Below the pieces are notes generated by a model. The model searched no databases, had not been told where the DNA came from, and saw only the letters and a program-made list of their open reading frames with translations. The position numbers were made by a program, and so were the translations under genes. From the IMG/VR virus record IMGVR_UViG_3300045988_136773: a stretch of 64,000 nucleotides of DNA, one strand, 5' to 3'. The DNA is from a virus. Every line of letters begins with the position of its first letter. Positions within the stretch are counted from its first letter, which is position 1. Below are positions 42,224 through 50,857 of the stretch, piece by piece.

Positions 42224-42784
42224 GTGATAATTTTGACATTTCGAAAACACCGCGTTTTTGGTACAACTGTGTACTATAGTGATTGCTATGAAAACTATCG
42301 AATCGTTTGCAAATCTGACAGATATTATGTCCAAAAAGACGATCACTATGTTACTGACAATCTACTAGAAAAAGGATTTCATACAGTTCAATCCGCAGAA
42401 AACTGGATTAAGCTAGATACTATGCCAGATATACTGTGTGCTACATTCATTTCAAGTTCAGCAAGACAAAAAGTATATGCTGCCTTAAACACCTCTAACT
42501 TTTCAAACAACCTAAGCAGAGTGAAATCTTCAAATATTTGGTCAATCGGGCTGAATATCAAAAATCGAAAAGATAAAACAGGAGATTTGCTTGTGCAGTT
42601 TAAATCAAAAAATGGTGGCCCTGGTGATGTATACATGTTCTACGATGTTCCACCTACATTATATCGAAAATGGCAATCAGCACCTAGTAAAGGTCACTTT
42701 TTCTGGAAATATATCAGAAACTACTACAAATACTCTAAGCTAACTGGGGATAAGCATGGAAAGCTACCAAATGCAGTTAGCTAG
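42224..42784 (+). CDS. protein with C-terminal KTSC domain (start uncertain)
   Basis: IWSIGLN...GDVYMFYDVPPTLYRKWQSAPSKGHFFWKYIRNYYKY matches the remembered KTSC pattern. Confidence 0.6.
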   Translation: MIILTFRKHRVFGTTVYYSDCYENYRIVCKSDRYYVQKDDHYVTDNLLEKGFHTVQSAENWIKLDTMPDILCATFISSSARQKVYAALNTSNFSNNLSRVKSSNIWSIGLNIKNRKDKTGDLLVQFKSKNGGPGDVYMFYDVPPTLYRKWQSAPSKGHFFWKYIRNYYKYSKLTGDKHGKLPNAVS

Positions 42785-43508
42785 TGTAATCATTTGATTT
42801 TAGTCTTCTATACAGCACTTCCATAGCTTTTGGAAGTGCTGTTTTTAGTGTCATATAATCAATAGTATATAGATCTGCCAACTCAATTAATTTGGCATCA
42901 GATAGTTTAGATTCAGTTTCAATCATTTCCTGAATCAATAGTTCTTCTACACTGTCATAATTATCAGTCTGGTAATAATCGATTCCATGTTTGTGTTCTG
43001 GGGCTTCTAAGAATAGCTCGTATTCAGATAAGTCTGCTGGATACGGTGCACCCAAAACGGCTTTCAGTGCAATCATATCGTTTGCAGGCAGATTTACTTT
43101 TTCAAGATCATCATATGTAACAGCACTCCATTCTTTTCCCAACTGTTTTGCAGCTTTTAAGCACAAACTACGACGTGTAGAGTATCCTACTGGGCTTAGA
43201 TAGCGTCTGATTTCTTCAGAAATTCTAGGCTTAAAGAATACACCAAATGATAGATCCGCACGATATTTTGGTGTCCACTTGTACTTCCACCACATCCCTA
43301 AGAATGAACACAGTGCTGTTTGAAATTTATCCTCATATGTGGTGTTATCTACATAAGTGCTAGAAGCAATGTATCCAAAAAACGTATAGTTTAATTGTAT
43401 GATTTCATCTCGAATATCTGTACATGCTTTTCTGGATTCCAAATCGTGTGGCAGAGAATCATACAATTCTTGTGTTCTCTGCTTTATATACTCGTGGTTC
43501 TTAGACAT
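42777..43508 (-). CDS. divergent sigma-70-family-like protein
   Basis: RDEIIQLNYTFFGYIA ... FQTALCSFLGMWWKYKW...FGVFFKPRISEEIRRYL (region-2-like); C-terminal HTH-like LSDAKLIELADLY. ATG 43508 follows aaggagg. Confidence 0.55.
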   Translation of the reverse strand: MSKNHEYIKQRTQELYDSLPHDLESRKACTDIRDEIIQLNYTFFGYIASSTYVDNTTYEDKFQTALCSFLGMWWKYKWTPKYRADLSFGVFFKPRISEEIRRYLSPVGYSTRRSLCLKAAKQLGKEWSAVTYDDLEKVNLPANDMIALKAVLGAPYPADLSEYELFLEAPEHKHGIDYYQTDNYDSVEELLIQEMIETESKLSDAKLIELADLYTIDYMTLKTALPKAMEVLYRRLKSNDYTS

Positions 43509-43563
43509 TATCGCATCCTCCTTCAAACAAATGCGTCATGATTCGTCAATATTCTATAAAAGG

Positions 43564-43601
43564 TTTTACCCCATGCAGATATATTTCTACATGGGGTAAA
43601 A
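43564..43601 (-). terminator. terminator after the Bro/KilAC gene
   Basis: 12-bp stem ttttaccccatg/catggggtaaaa. Confidence 0.6.
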
Positions 43602-43710
43602 CTTTATTTTATGTCGAAAAGACTTACTTACAAACAAATCCGCAGACTTCCCAGCCAATCCACATCATGAATACCGCCAGTGCTGCCAACATAATAATGT
43701 ACTTTCTCAA

Positions 43711-44499
43711 TCAAAACTCTCTTTCCATAATCGGCAGAATGCCATCTTCCTTCAACAAATCGTAAATGAACAACCGCCCTTTCTGTGTCCAGTGGGTATG
43801 CGGAACAACATGACCATGACCGTTTGCATCATCATAGTAATATGTCTTAGTTGAAGTCAATCCCATTTCCGCATACTTCTGGTATAACAACCAGATCTTA
43901 CCACCCTGCTTGTACTGCACACCTTTTTCACGAAGTACTTGATTCATGTGGTTTGCAGACCAGCCATAGTCCTTAGCAATTATGGAGATAGGAACCAGAT
44001 CATTGCATTCCAGAACCTTATCGTAGTAGCTTGCCTTGGGCTGCAGTTCTGCAATCTGCTGTGTTTGTACTGCAACTGTCTGTTCCAGCGTATTTGTCTT
44101 TGCACGTTCTTCCTTCAATTCGAGCAGAGCGTTGATCAGCATGTCCGGATCGTTCAGCACATCGTCAATTGCATACATACCGTGCTTACGAATAGCGGGG
44201 AGTACTTCGGATGTTACCCACTTCTTAAACTTCTTGGCATTTGGCATCTTACTTGACAAAACGAGGCTATAAAGACCAGACTCATTGATGATTGTCAAAT
44301 CCTGCATGCCGCCAGGGGTGTCACATTTTGTTACACCCTTGTCATCATCATCGACATGGTCAGAAATTGCCTTTCGTGTGTTGCTATACCCAAGCACTTC
44401 AGCAATATCCTTTGCAATGAACCACGGTTCACCATTCATCTGAACTGTACGAACAGTCGAACCCTCGAATACCCATACTTCTACATTTTCGTTTGTCAT
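43711..44499 (-). CDS. Bro-N / KilAC-domain antirepressor
   Basis: N-terminus FEGSTVRTVQMNGEPWFIAKDIAEVLGY (Bro-N); C-terminal KilAC-like ISIIAKDYGWSANHMNQVLREKGVQY. Confidence 0.8.
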   Translation of the reverse strand: MTNENVEVWVFEGSTVRTVQMNGEPWFIAKDIAEVLGYSNTRKAISDHVDDDDKGVTKCDTPGGMQDLTIINESGLYSLVLSSKMPNAKKFKKWVTSEVLPAIRKHGMYAIDDVLNDPDMLINALLELKEERAKTNTLEQTVAVQTQQIAELQPKASYYDKVLECNDLVPISIIAKDYGWSANHMNQVLREKGVQYKQGGKIWLLYQKYAEMGLTSTKTYYYDDANGHGHVVPHTHWTQKGRLFIYDLLKEDGILPIMEREF

Positions 44500-44564
44500 T
44501 TTGAAATTCCTCCAATTTTAGAATTATTTTATGAAAACGTGCGGAAATACGTTTTTAACTTAGA

Positions 44565-45401
44565 TTAGTACAACTGCACGTCCATAACCTTTAGGTCGAT
44601 AGCCGCATCGAACGGAACAAAATAATCCCGCTTTGCACCAAAGAACTTATAATATGTAACGCCGTGCAGTTCCTCATTTTCTCCATAGTAAACAGTGAGA
44701 TCACCATTTGCCATTTCTACGACAGCAGATTCTACATAATCCCCAGCGTTGATTACGGAATAGAACCGCATAGTGTTATCATCACAATACTGTGGTCTGA
44801 ACTTGATAAATGTTCTACGCAGTTGCTTGATAATTTCAATCTTCTGCTTCTTTTTGATGTACTTGGGCAGCTTTGTACGTCCGAGCAAGCTGTAGATCAC
44901 CTCACGCACTTCCGGTGTGGCATTCTGAATAATGCTCCAGAATTCCTTATCAGCGATTGCGTCCGCAATGTCAGAGGATTCAGAGTCTACACATGTATCA
45001 AACCGATCCAGCTGTTCGCCGTCAGATGTAACACAGTACTGTGGAACTTCCACAGCAAAACGCTTCTGCGGTACAACGTTTCTACGCGGTGCTGCCATGC
45101 AGTTATAGGCAATGCGATAGATGTAAGCACCATTGTACTTTTTGATAGTCATCTTATCTACGTTCTTCTGGAGATACTGGAGCAGGAAAGACAGCAAATC
45201 CTCATCAGGGATATACTCAGATGTGGACTTTACCAGTGCAGTCATAATCTCCGGATAAAACTGCACATACAGTGCAGCAGCCTTCAAGGATTCGGGGATA
45301 GTCAGCCAGATTGCGTAGCTGATTTCCTCGCCGGGTGCTACATAGTAGCTGAGTGCGTCTGCGAAACGGATTCTTGCATCTGTAAATACCTTTGTGTTCA
45401 T
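44565..45401 (-). CDS. ECF-sigma-like protein, paralog A
   Basis: DLLSFLLQYLQKNVDKM...YIYRIAYNCMAAPRR resembles ECF region 2 (..LQETFLK.W...F...WLYRIARN...D..RR). Paralog of 45501..46148. Confidence 0.5.
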   Translation of the reverse strand: MNTKVFTDARIRFADALSYYVAPGEEISYAIWLTIPESLKAAALYVQFYPEIMTALVKSTSEYIPDEDLLSFLLQYLQKNVDKMTIKKYNGAYIYRIAYNCMAAPRRNVVPQKRFAVEVPQYCVTSDGEQLDRFDTCVDSESSDIADAIADKEFWSIIQNATPEVREVIYSLLGRTKLPKYIKKKQKIEIIKQLRRTFIKFRPQYCDDNTMRFYSVINAGDYVESAVVEMANGDLTVYYGENEELHGVTYYKFFGAKRDYFVPFDAAIDLKVMDVQLY

Positions 45402-45453
45402 AAGTATACTTCCTTTCAAAATTAACAGTTTATTTTTATTTAGCCTTGTATGT

Positions 45454-45472
45454 CTTACGCTTTATATAACGA
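45454..45472 (-). promoter_or_regulatory. phage promoter-like motif, copy 9 (tcgttatataaagcgtaag, minus strand)
   Basis: 53 nt upstream of start 45401. Confidence 0.5.
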
Positions 45473-45500
45473 TGGAACGCCATGTAGACGAAATGTATTT

Positions 45501-46148
45501 TTATACCAGCGTCGAGATAAAAATTTTTATAGAAGCAATCACTTCCTCGACACGCTTACGCTCATACATCTTTCTGGGTTTCTTGCCGCTGAGCAGAATA
45601 TCTCGCACAGTTTCGTATACCGGATCACGCTTTGCCATAGCATCAACATAATCCCAAACCTGCTTAGCGGCTACAAAATCTTCCACAGATCTGGTATCAA
45701 TCAGCCGTTCGATATAACGTGGCTTGTTGTCAGAGCACTCCATGATGTCGTCAATGGATTCATCATCGCGAATCTTTTCGAGCGTACTAGCACGGTTCTG
45801 ATACCATCTCCGAACGTCGTTCACATGTCCGAGTGAGTACATGCACTTATATGCCACTGTGTAGATGTACTGCGGCTTGAATCGCTGAGGGTGTTCCTTG
45901 ATGATGTTGACGTTCTTCATCAGATACTGCAACAGTGTAGATACTGCTGTGCACTCATCTACCCACGGATACATGCTGTAGATCTTGTTCCAAGCCATTG
46001 CGATTTCCGGATAGAATGCTACGTACAGTGCAGTTGCTTTCAGTTCGTCAGAAAGCTGTAACCAACCACGAACCTCTGTGTAATCTGTGTCAGTAGCAGA
46101 ATCCAGAGCAGACTTGAACAGCTTGTATGTTTCCTTAAATTCTCTCAT
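45501..46148 (-). CDS. ECF-sigma-like protein, paralog B
   Basis: ALYVAFYPEIAMAW...STLLQYLMKNVNII...YIYTVAYKCMYSLGHVNDVRR aligns with paralog A. Confidence 0.5.
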   Translation of the reverse strand: MREFKETYKLFKSALDSATDTDYTEVRGWLQLSDELKATALYVAFYPEIAMAWNKIYSMYPWVDECTAVSTLLQYLMKNVNIIKEHPQRFKPQYIYTVAYKCMYSLGHVNDVRRWYQNRASTLEKIRDDESIDDIMECSDNKPRYIERLIDTRSVEDFVAAKQVWDYVDAMAKRDPVYETVRDILLSGKKPRKMYERKRVEEVIASIKIFISTLV

Positions 46149-46420
46149 AGTAAATTACCTCCATTTGATTATACTAGTAAATTTTACCAGTTACATTTGA
46201 AAAAAGAAAATGTAGCGGTACTCCCACGGATTTTCTTTTTATAAAATTTTTAACTAATGTTTATCATCTCCAATCGAAGAAAATGTGATTTTGGAATCTG
46301 TTATGCTGGATACATAGTGGAATCAGCTCACTTTCTGAAACTGCAATTTGTTATTGAATATGTATTTCATAAACACTGTTGCTTATACACAGTTTATTGT
46401 GTATATACGCAATACGCTTT

Positions 46421-46559
46421 GTTCACTATCGTGAACTGTATATAGTATACACGATAGTGAACAAAAATGCAATTGACAATATGACCAAAATTTGCGATAT
46501 ATTTTTGTACAGTATCGTGTACTATTTTGTATTGACTTTTATGTCACTATCGTGTATAA
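46421..46559 (+). promoter_or_regulatory. operator array plus promoter for the XRE gene
   Basis: Four copies of GT(T/A)CA(C/G)TATCGTG(A/T)AC-type sites: 46421-36, 46448-62 (inverted), 46507-22, 46543-57. TTGACT-17-TATAAT lies at 46532-59. Confidence 0.6.
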
Positions 46560-46583
46560 TAGAACTTATTGGAGGCGATTAAA

Positions 46584-46811
46584 ATGTCAATTTTGTATGG
46601 GAAACTATTTGAAATCATGCAGCAAAAGGGCGTTAGAAAAACAGATCTACGATCTAACGGGATACATCCAGCAGTAATTAAAAAGATTATGGACGGTGGA
46701 ACTATTACAACTGAAACCATTGATAGACTGTGTGCATTGCTAGATTGTCAGCCAGGGGACATCATTGAATTTGAGAGATCAGATGATTCTAAAGAATCCA
46801 TTGTAAATTGA
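46584..46811 (+). CDS. XRE-family HTH regulator
   Basis: GVRKTDLRSNGIHPAVIKKIMDGGTITTETIDRLCALLDCQPGDIIEF; ATG follows ggagg. Confidence 0.75.
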   Translation: MSILYGKLFEIMQQKGVRKTDLRSNGIHPAVIKKIMDGGTITTETIDRLCALLDCQPGDIIEFERSDDSKESIVN

Positions 46812-46964
46812 CAACTCTATAACTGATACCTCAACATCAACCTAAGTCATATCTGAAATATTTGTCTTGTAAAATCAATAACGAACAAATTTACGAAAAT
46901 ATATGTCATATTTTGTTGAAATACGCTTCTATTTATGGTATACTATAATGTAGGAGTGATAATT

Positions 46965-47834
46965 ATGACAAAACGAAAATCCAGTTTAGTGCCAGATTAC
47001 ATTGATTTAATCAATCCGACATTTACTGTAATCAAAAATTTAGGCGGAACTGCAACAAACAATCAAATTCATGATGGTGTTGTTGAGCTTTTACGTTTAT
47101 CAAAAGCTGCTGTATCAGAAAAGCATATAAATAAAAATGAAACCGAACTGATCTACAGATTGAGATGGGTAAGAACCGCAATGAAGAAGTCTGGTGTTCT
47201 AATTAATCAAGAGAGATCAATCTGGACCATACTTCCTGGATATAGGATGCTAGATGCTTTTGATCAGGAACAGCTAGATTTCATCATGAAACAGAAACAA
47301 GTAGTAAGTTCTGTTCCTGTCGCAGTTGAACTTAGCAACGTTACAATTAGTGATGTTATCAACAATGACCCAGATGAAACACCATGGGTAACACAGCTGA
47401 GAGATGTTTTAATGGCTATGAATCCATATAGCTTTGAAACGCTCTGCAAGCTTATTTTAGAAAAATGCGGTATCACTGATGTGTCAACAACAAAGAAATC
47501 AAAAGATGGTGGTATTGACGGATACGGCAGATTGAAACTGAATACAATATTTTCGGTAAATATTGCGTTTCAATGCAAACACTATGGTGGAAAAATTAGT
47601 GCACCTGCTATCCGAAATTTTCGTGGAGCAATGTCACCAAATATTGAAATGGGATTATTCATAACAACCTCTGAATTTACACAAGCGGCAATAGATGAAG
47701 CAAATCGAGTAGATCAGAAAATGATACACATCATGGATGGTGAACAAATTATACAGTATCTACTCGACTGCCAAATTGGATGTACGAAACAGGAAGTCTA
47801 TATCATAGACGAAGACTTCTTCAAAAACTTATGA
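46965..47834 (+). CDS. Mrr-like (type IV) restriction endonuclease
   Basis: N-terminal Mrr_N-like winged helix. C-terminal PD-(D/E)xK core DGGIDGYG...AFQCKHY and GLFITTSEFT. Confidence 0.7.
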   Translation: MTKRKSSLVPDYIDLINPTFTVIKNLGGTATNNQIHDGVVELLRLSKAAVSEKHINKNETELIYRLRWVRTAMKKSGVLINQERSIWTILPGYRMLDAFDQEQLDFIMKQKQVVSSVPVAVELSNVTISDVINNDPDETPWVTQLRDVLMAMNPYSFETLCKLILEKCGITDVSTTKKSKDGGIDGYGRLKLNTIFSVNIAFQCKHYGGKISAPAIRNFRGAMSPNIEMGLFITTSEFTQAAIDEANRVDQKMIHIMDGEQIIQYLLDCQIGCTKQEVYIIDEDFFKNL

Positions 47835-48185
47835 TTAGTCATCTATAAACTGTCTCCAGGTAGATGGTGCAATGTTGTTTTTGCAAATATGATTGATTCT
47901 TTCCTCAAGCTCATATGCTACATCCACAACATCATCTGCCTCCCAGATGTCGTAATCCACATCTTCGAGAAGATCACAAGCACAATCGATGATCATTACA
48001 TCCTTTGCACGGCTGTTGCGAAATTCTGACTTTGTGTAGATGAAAGAACGCCACATACTATTGATGTTTCTCAGCTGATTGAGAAGCTGATTGATTCTCT
48101 CTACATTTCTGTGAAACTCAGATCTTGTAACCTGATTTTTCACAATTCGCATTCCGTCCGGTCTTCTGTTTTCATTGAATTTCAT
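47835..48185 (-). CDS. hypothetical acidic protein
   Basis: ORF track. Abuts the Mrr-like gene stop-to-stop. Divergent from XRE-1 across the operator region. Confidence 0.55.
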   Translation of the reverse strand: MKFNENRRPDGMRIVKNQVTRSEFHRNVERINQLLNQLRNINSMWRSFIYTKSEFRNSRAKDVMIIDCACDLLEDVDYDIWEADDVVDVAYELEERINHICKNNIAPSTWRQFIDD

Positions 48186-48272
48186 AAGATCATATCCTTT
48201 CGATATTTTTAGTATTGAAAACGCTCTGTTTTCAAGAATGGTTCTGTTCAGGGGTTTTGAGTTTTAGCATTT

Positions 48273-48452
48273 ACGCATCTTTGCGTTTGCTATAATTATA
48301 TTATACGCTCGTTTGCGTGTGATGTCAACTGATTTCACACTAAATTATACACAAACTTGCGTAGCCACTTCTATGCAATCTGCACAAATGCGGATATTAA
48401 AAAGATTTTATGCCAATTTACTATTGACAGTGTACGCAAAAGTGCGTATAAT
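48273..48452 (+). promoter_or_regulatory. operator/promoter region of XRE module 1
   Basis: ACGCA-n4-TGCGT palindromes at 48273-86 and 48434-47, plus half sites. TTGACA(48424)-17-TATAAT(48447), with a palindrome in the spacer. Confidence 0.6.
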
Positions 48453-48476
48453 GATATTTGGAAAGAGGTGATTCAC

Positions 48477-48827
48477 TTGTTACAAGACAACTTAAAGAAA
48501 CTAAGGGAAGAACGTGGCTTGACAAAGCGAGAACTGTGTGAAAAAGCAGGCATCTCTGAACGTGCTTACCTTACATATGAATTCGGAGAGCGTGAACCTA
48601 AAATTGGCGTGATTCAAAAGCTCGCTGACTTCTATAATATTTCTACGGACTGCATGCTTGGCAGACAAACAGCAGATGCCCCAACAAGCCCATTACAGCA
48701 ACTCATAGATAAATTTCAACTTACTAAAGATCAAGCCGCTTTACTCGTAGCATACTTAAACATGAATGAATCAGATCGAGAAAATTTGATTAGATGTATT
48801 AAGGTGCTCGCCCGTGGAATACAGTAA
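48477..48827 (+). CDS. XRE-family HTH regulator, module 1
   Basis: TTG 48477 follows agaggtga. LREERGLTKRELCEKAGISERAYLTYEFGEREPKIGVIQKLADFYNISTDCMLGR. Confidence 0.7.
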   Translation: MLQDNLKKLREERGLTKRELCEKAGISERAYLTYEFGEREPKIGVIQKLADFYNISTDCMLGRQTADAPTSPLQQLIDKFQLTKDQAALLVAYLNMNESDRENLIRCIKVLARGIQ

Positions 48828-48883
48828 TACTTCGAGTTTCGATAGATTTCATAATAATAACTTCCTTTCATGGTTTTAATTTA

Positions 48884-49061
48884 AGGACGTATCGTCCTTT
48901 GCAATATGATTATAGCACATATCGTCCTATGATGTCAACCGATTTCTAACAAAATCATACACAAAATGTCCTAATGCAATTTATGCAAATCTATGAATCG
49001 TCCTATTTCATGCTTGAATTTTAAAAATGCTATTGACACATAGGACAAAACGTGCTATCCT
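48884..49061 (+). promoter_or_regulatory. operator/promoter region of XRE module 2
   Basis: AGGAC-n5-GTCCT palindrome at 48884-98; further GTCCT/AGGAC half sites; TTGACA(49033)-17-TATCCT. Backbone is homologous to 48273..48452. Confidence 0.55.
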
Positions 49062-49079
49062 TTATAAGGTGGTGATTAG

Positions 49080-49352
49080 ATGAATACAGATAATTTGAAA
49101 GCTATCCGGAAAAAGTCCGGAAAGACTCAAAAAGAGGTTGCAGAAGGAATTGGTATTGGTCAAGGCACATACAAAAATTATGAAACTGGTGCAAGAGAAC
49201 CTAATAATGCTACCCTAGTCGCAATCGCAAATTATTTTGATGTAACAACAGACTACTTACTAGGACGAGAACAAACAGCATCTACTGAATCATTAAGGTT
49301 AAGCAAAATCAAGGAACATATCGATGCTATCAATGATATTCTGAATGACTGA
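49080..49352 (+). CDS. XRE-family HTH regulator, module 2
   Basis: IRKKSGKTQKEVAEGIGIGQGTYKNYETGAREPNNATLVAIANYFDVTTDYLLGR. Confidence 0.75.
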   Translation: MNTDNLKAIRKKSGKTQKEVAEGIGIGQGTYKNYETGAREPNNATLVAIANYFDVTTDYLLGREQTASTESLRLSKIKEHIDAINDILND

Positions 49353-49365
49353 GGAGTTGATTCTT

Positions 49366-49818
49366 GTGAAAATTTACATTAGAGGCTTTGCAGAAATGCA
49401 AAGAGAAGTCGAAAGAACACTATCTGCACACACCGGAGAAGTTATAGAGCATATGTTAAAATGCTATCTAATGCCAGATCATCCAGCTGTGAATCACTGG
49501 AAATCTGAAATTGCAAATCAAATTTGTAGTGTTAATAAGTTGAAAAATACTAAAAAGTATCCTACTGCAAATAAGATTTATGCGTGGACATACGAACAAA
49601 ATTGTGCAATACTAACAAATTATACTAAATTTTCTAATTTCGTCCGTGAAATTTGCAATGACTATAGTATTGAGACAATTGAACCAGTAAAGGACATTAT
49701 GGATGACTTCAACAAAATTTGTAAAGAGTATTTTAGCTGGCTTGCTAATATGCTAAGCACATCTGGAAAAGCCGCTAGCACTGATATATACGATAAATTA
49801 GATGAATTATTTCGATAG
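49366..49818 (+). CDS. DUF29-like helical protein, paralog 1
   Basis: GTG 49366 follows gaggag. ...VIEHMLKCYLMPDHPAVNHWKSEIANQI... resembles the DUF29 pattern HLLK..y.p....W..eI. Confidence 0.45.
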   Translation: MKIYIRGFAEMQREVERTLSAHTGEVIEHMLKCYLMPDHPAVNHWKSEIANQICSVNKLKNTKKYPTANKIYAWTYEQNCAILTNYTKFSNFVREICNDYSIETIEPVKDIMDDFNKICKEYFSWLANMLSTSGKAASTDIYDKLDELFR

Positions 49819-49841
49819 TACGAATTAGAGGTGAAACAGAA

Positions 49842-50312
49842 ATGAGGATATTTGTAACAGAACGTGCAGATTTGCTACGTGATCTGGAAAGAGAATTATC
49901 GCCTCGTACAGATAAGATAATTGATACAATTATACAGCTATACTTGTTTCCGGAGAATGCTGACGCAAAGAAATGGAAATTTGAAATTGCTCGTAATCTA
50001 AATTCTGTATCTGTGATTAAAAAGAAGTTGCCTACAGCAAAACAACTTTATAAATGGACATATTATAAAAAGTGGGATCTTGTAACAGACATAGCATGGA
50101 TGAGTGTTACCATGCGTGACATAAAATATAAATGTCATGCAAAGGTTACTGAACCAGTTGAAACTGTCTGTAAAGACGTAGATGATATTTGTTGTAAATA
50201 TTTTCACTGGCTTACTCATGAGCTAAGTACCTACGGGTGTGTTGCAAACGCTCAAATTGATGAAAAATTGGATGAGCTTCTTAGAGATAAAGGACGGTTT
50301 AGTAATATGTGA
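49842..50312 (+). CDS. DUF29-like helical protein, paralog 2
   Basis: Aligns along its full length with 49366..49818 (MRIFVTERADLLRDLERELS / KIYIRGFAEMQREVERTLS; ...KLDELLR / KLDELFR). Confidence 0.45.
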   Translation: MRIFVTERADLLRDLERELSPRTDKIIDTIIQLYLFPENADAKKWKFEIARNLNSVSVIKKKLPTAKQLYKWTYYKKWDLVTDIAWMSVTMRDIKYKCHAKVTEPVETVCKDVDDICCKYFHWLTHELSTYGCVANAQIDEKLDELLRDKGRFSNM

Positions 50313-50317
50313 GATTT

Positions 50318-50842
50318 TTACAGGGTGTTGACTATCATGAAAATCCGTAAAAGAAAACGATATATCAAAAGCAGTAGTAACGTAAACACATTGGAGTTTG
50401 AGATTGTTGTACTTGCAGATGTACTCGTAGACGTTTCTACAGATAATTCGTCATCTACTTTGTGATTGATGGAACTTACAATTATAAGCGATACAAGAAT
50501 ACTGATTACAACTATGACAGCTGTTATGGTAATTCCGAGAATCAGTTTTTTGTTATGTATATGATTTGAATGACATTCTGGTGAATCTAGCTTTGCACTT
50601 GATACTACATCTGCGTTTGTATGTTCACTCTCTAGGTTTTGTTGCGGTTCTTGCACTTTTGTTCCACAAACAGGACAAATACCTGTTTGCATATCAATAG
50701 GGTTCCCACAATTCCAGCACAGCCTGCTGTCATTCGATTTTACGTCTGTTGAATGTACTGCATCTTGATCTATACAAAATCCACATAGATAACAATCTTT
50801 TGCATTATCATCAAGTTCTGTACCACAATTCGGGCATAGCAT
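50318..50842 (-). CDS. double-zinc-ribbon membrane protein
   Basis: CPNCG...CYLCG and CWNCG...CPVCG, then TM helix LILGITITAVIVVISILVSLIIV and a Ser/Thr-rich tail. Confidence 0.65.
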   Translation of the reverse strand: MLCPNCGTELDDNAKDCYLCGFCIDQDAVHSTDVKSNDSRLCWNCGNPIDMQTGICPVCGTKVQEPQQNLESEHTNADVVSSAKLDSPECHSNHIHNKKLILGITITAVIVVISILVSLIIVSSINHKVDDELSVETSTSTSASTTISNSNVFTLLLLLIYRFLLRIFMIVNTL

Positions 50843-50857
50843 AGTAATTCACCTCTG

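Noticed and set aside
44664-45836. Plus-strand ORFs 44664..45425 (253 aa), 45394..45651 and 45450..45836, antisense to the ECF-like paralogs
   Set aside because: They have no RBS and low-complexity, Cys/Leu/Ile-rich translations. The minus-strand genes have RBSs, a motif promoter, mutual paralogy and sigma-like blocks.
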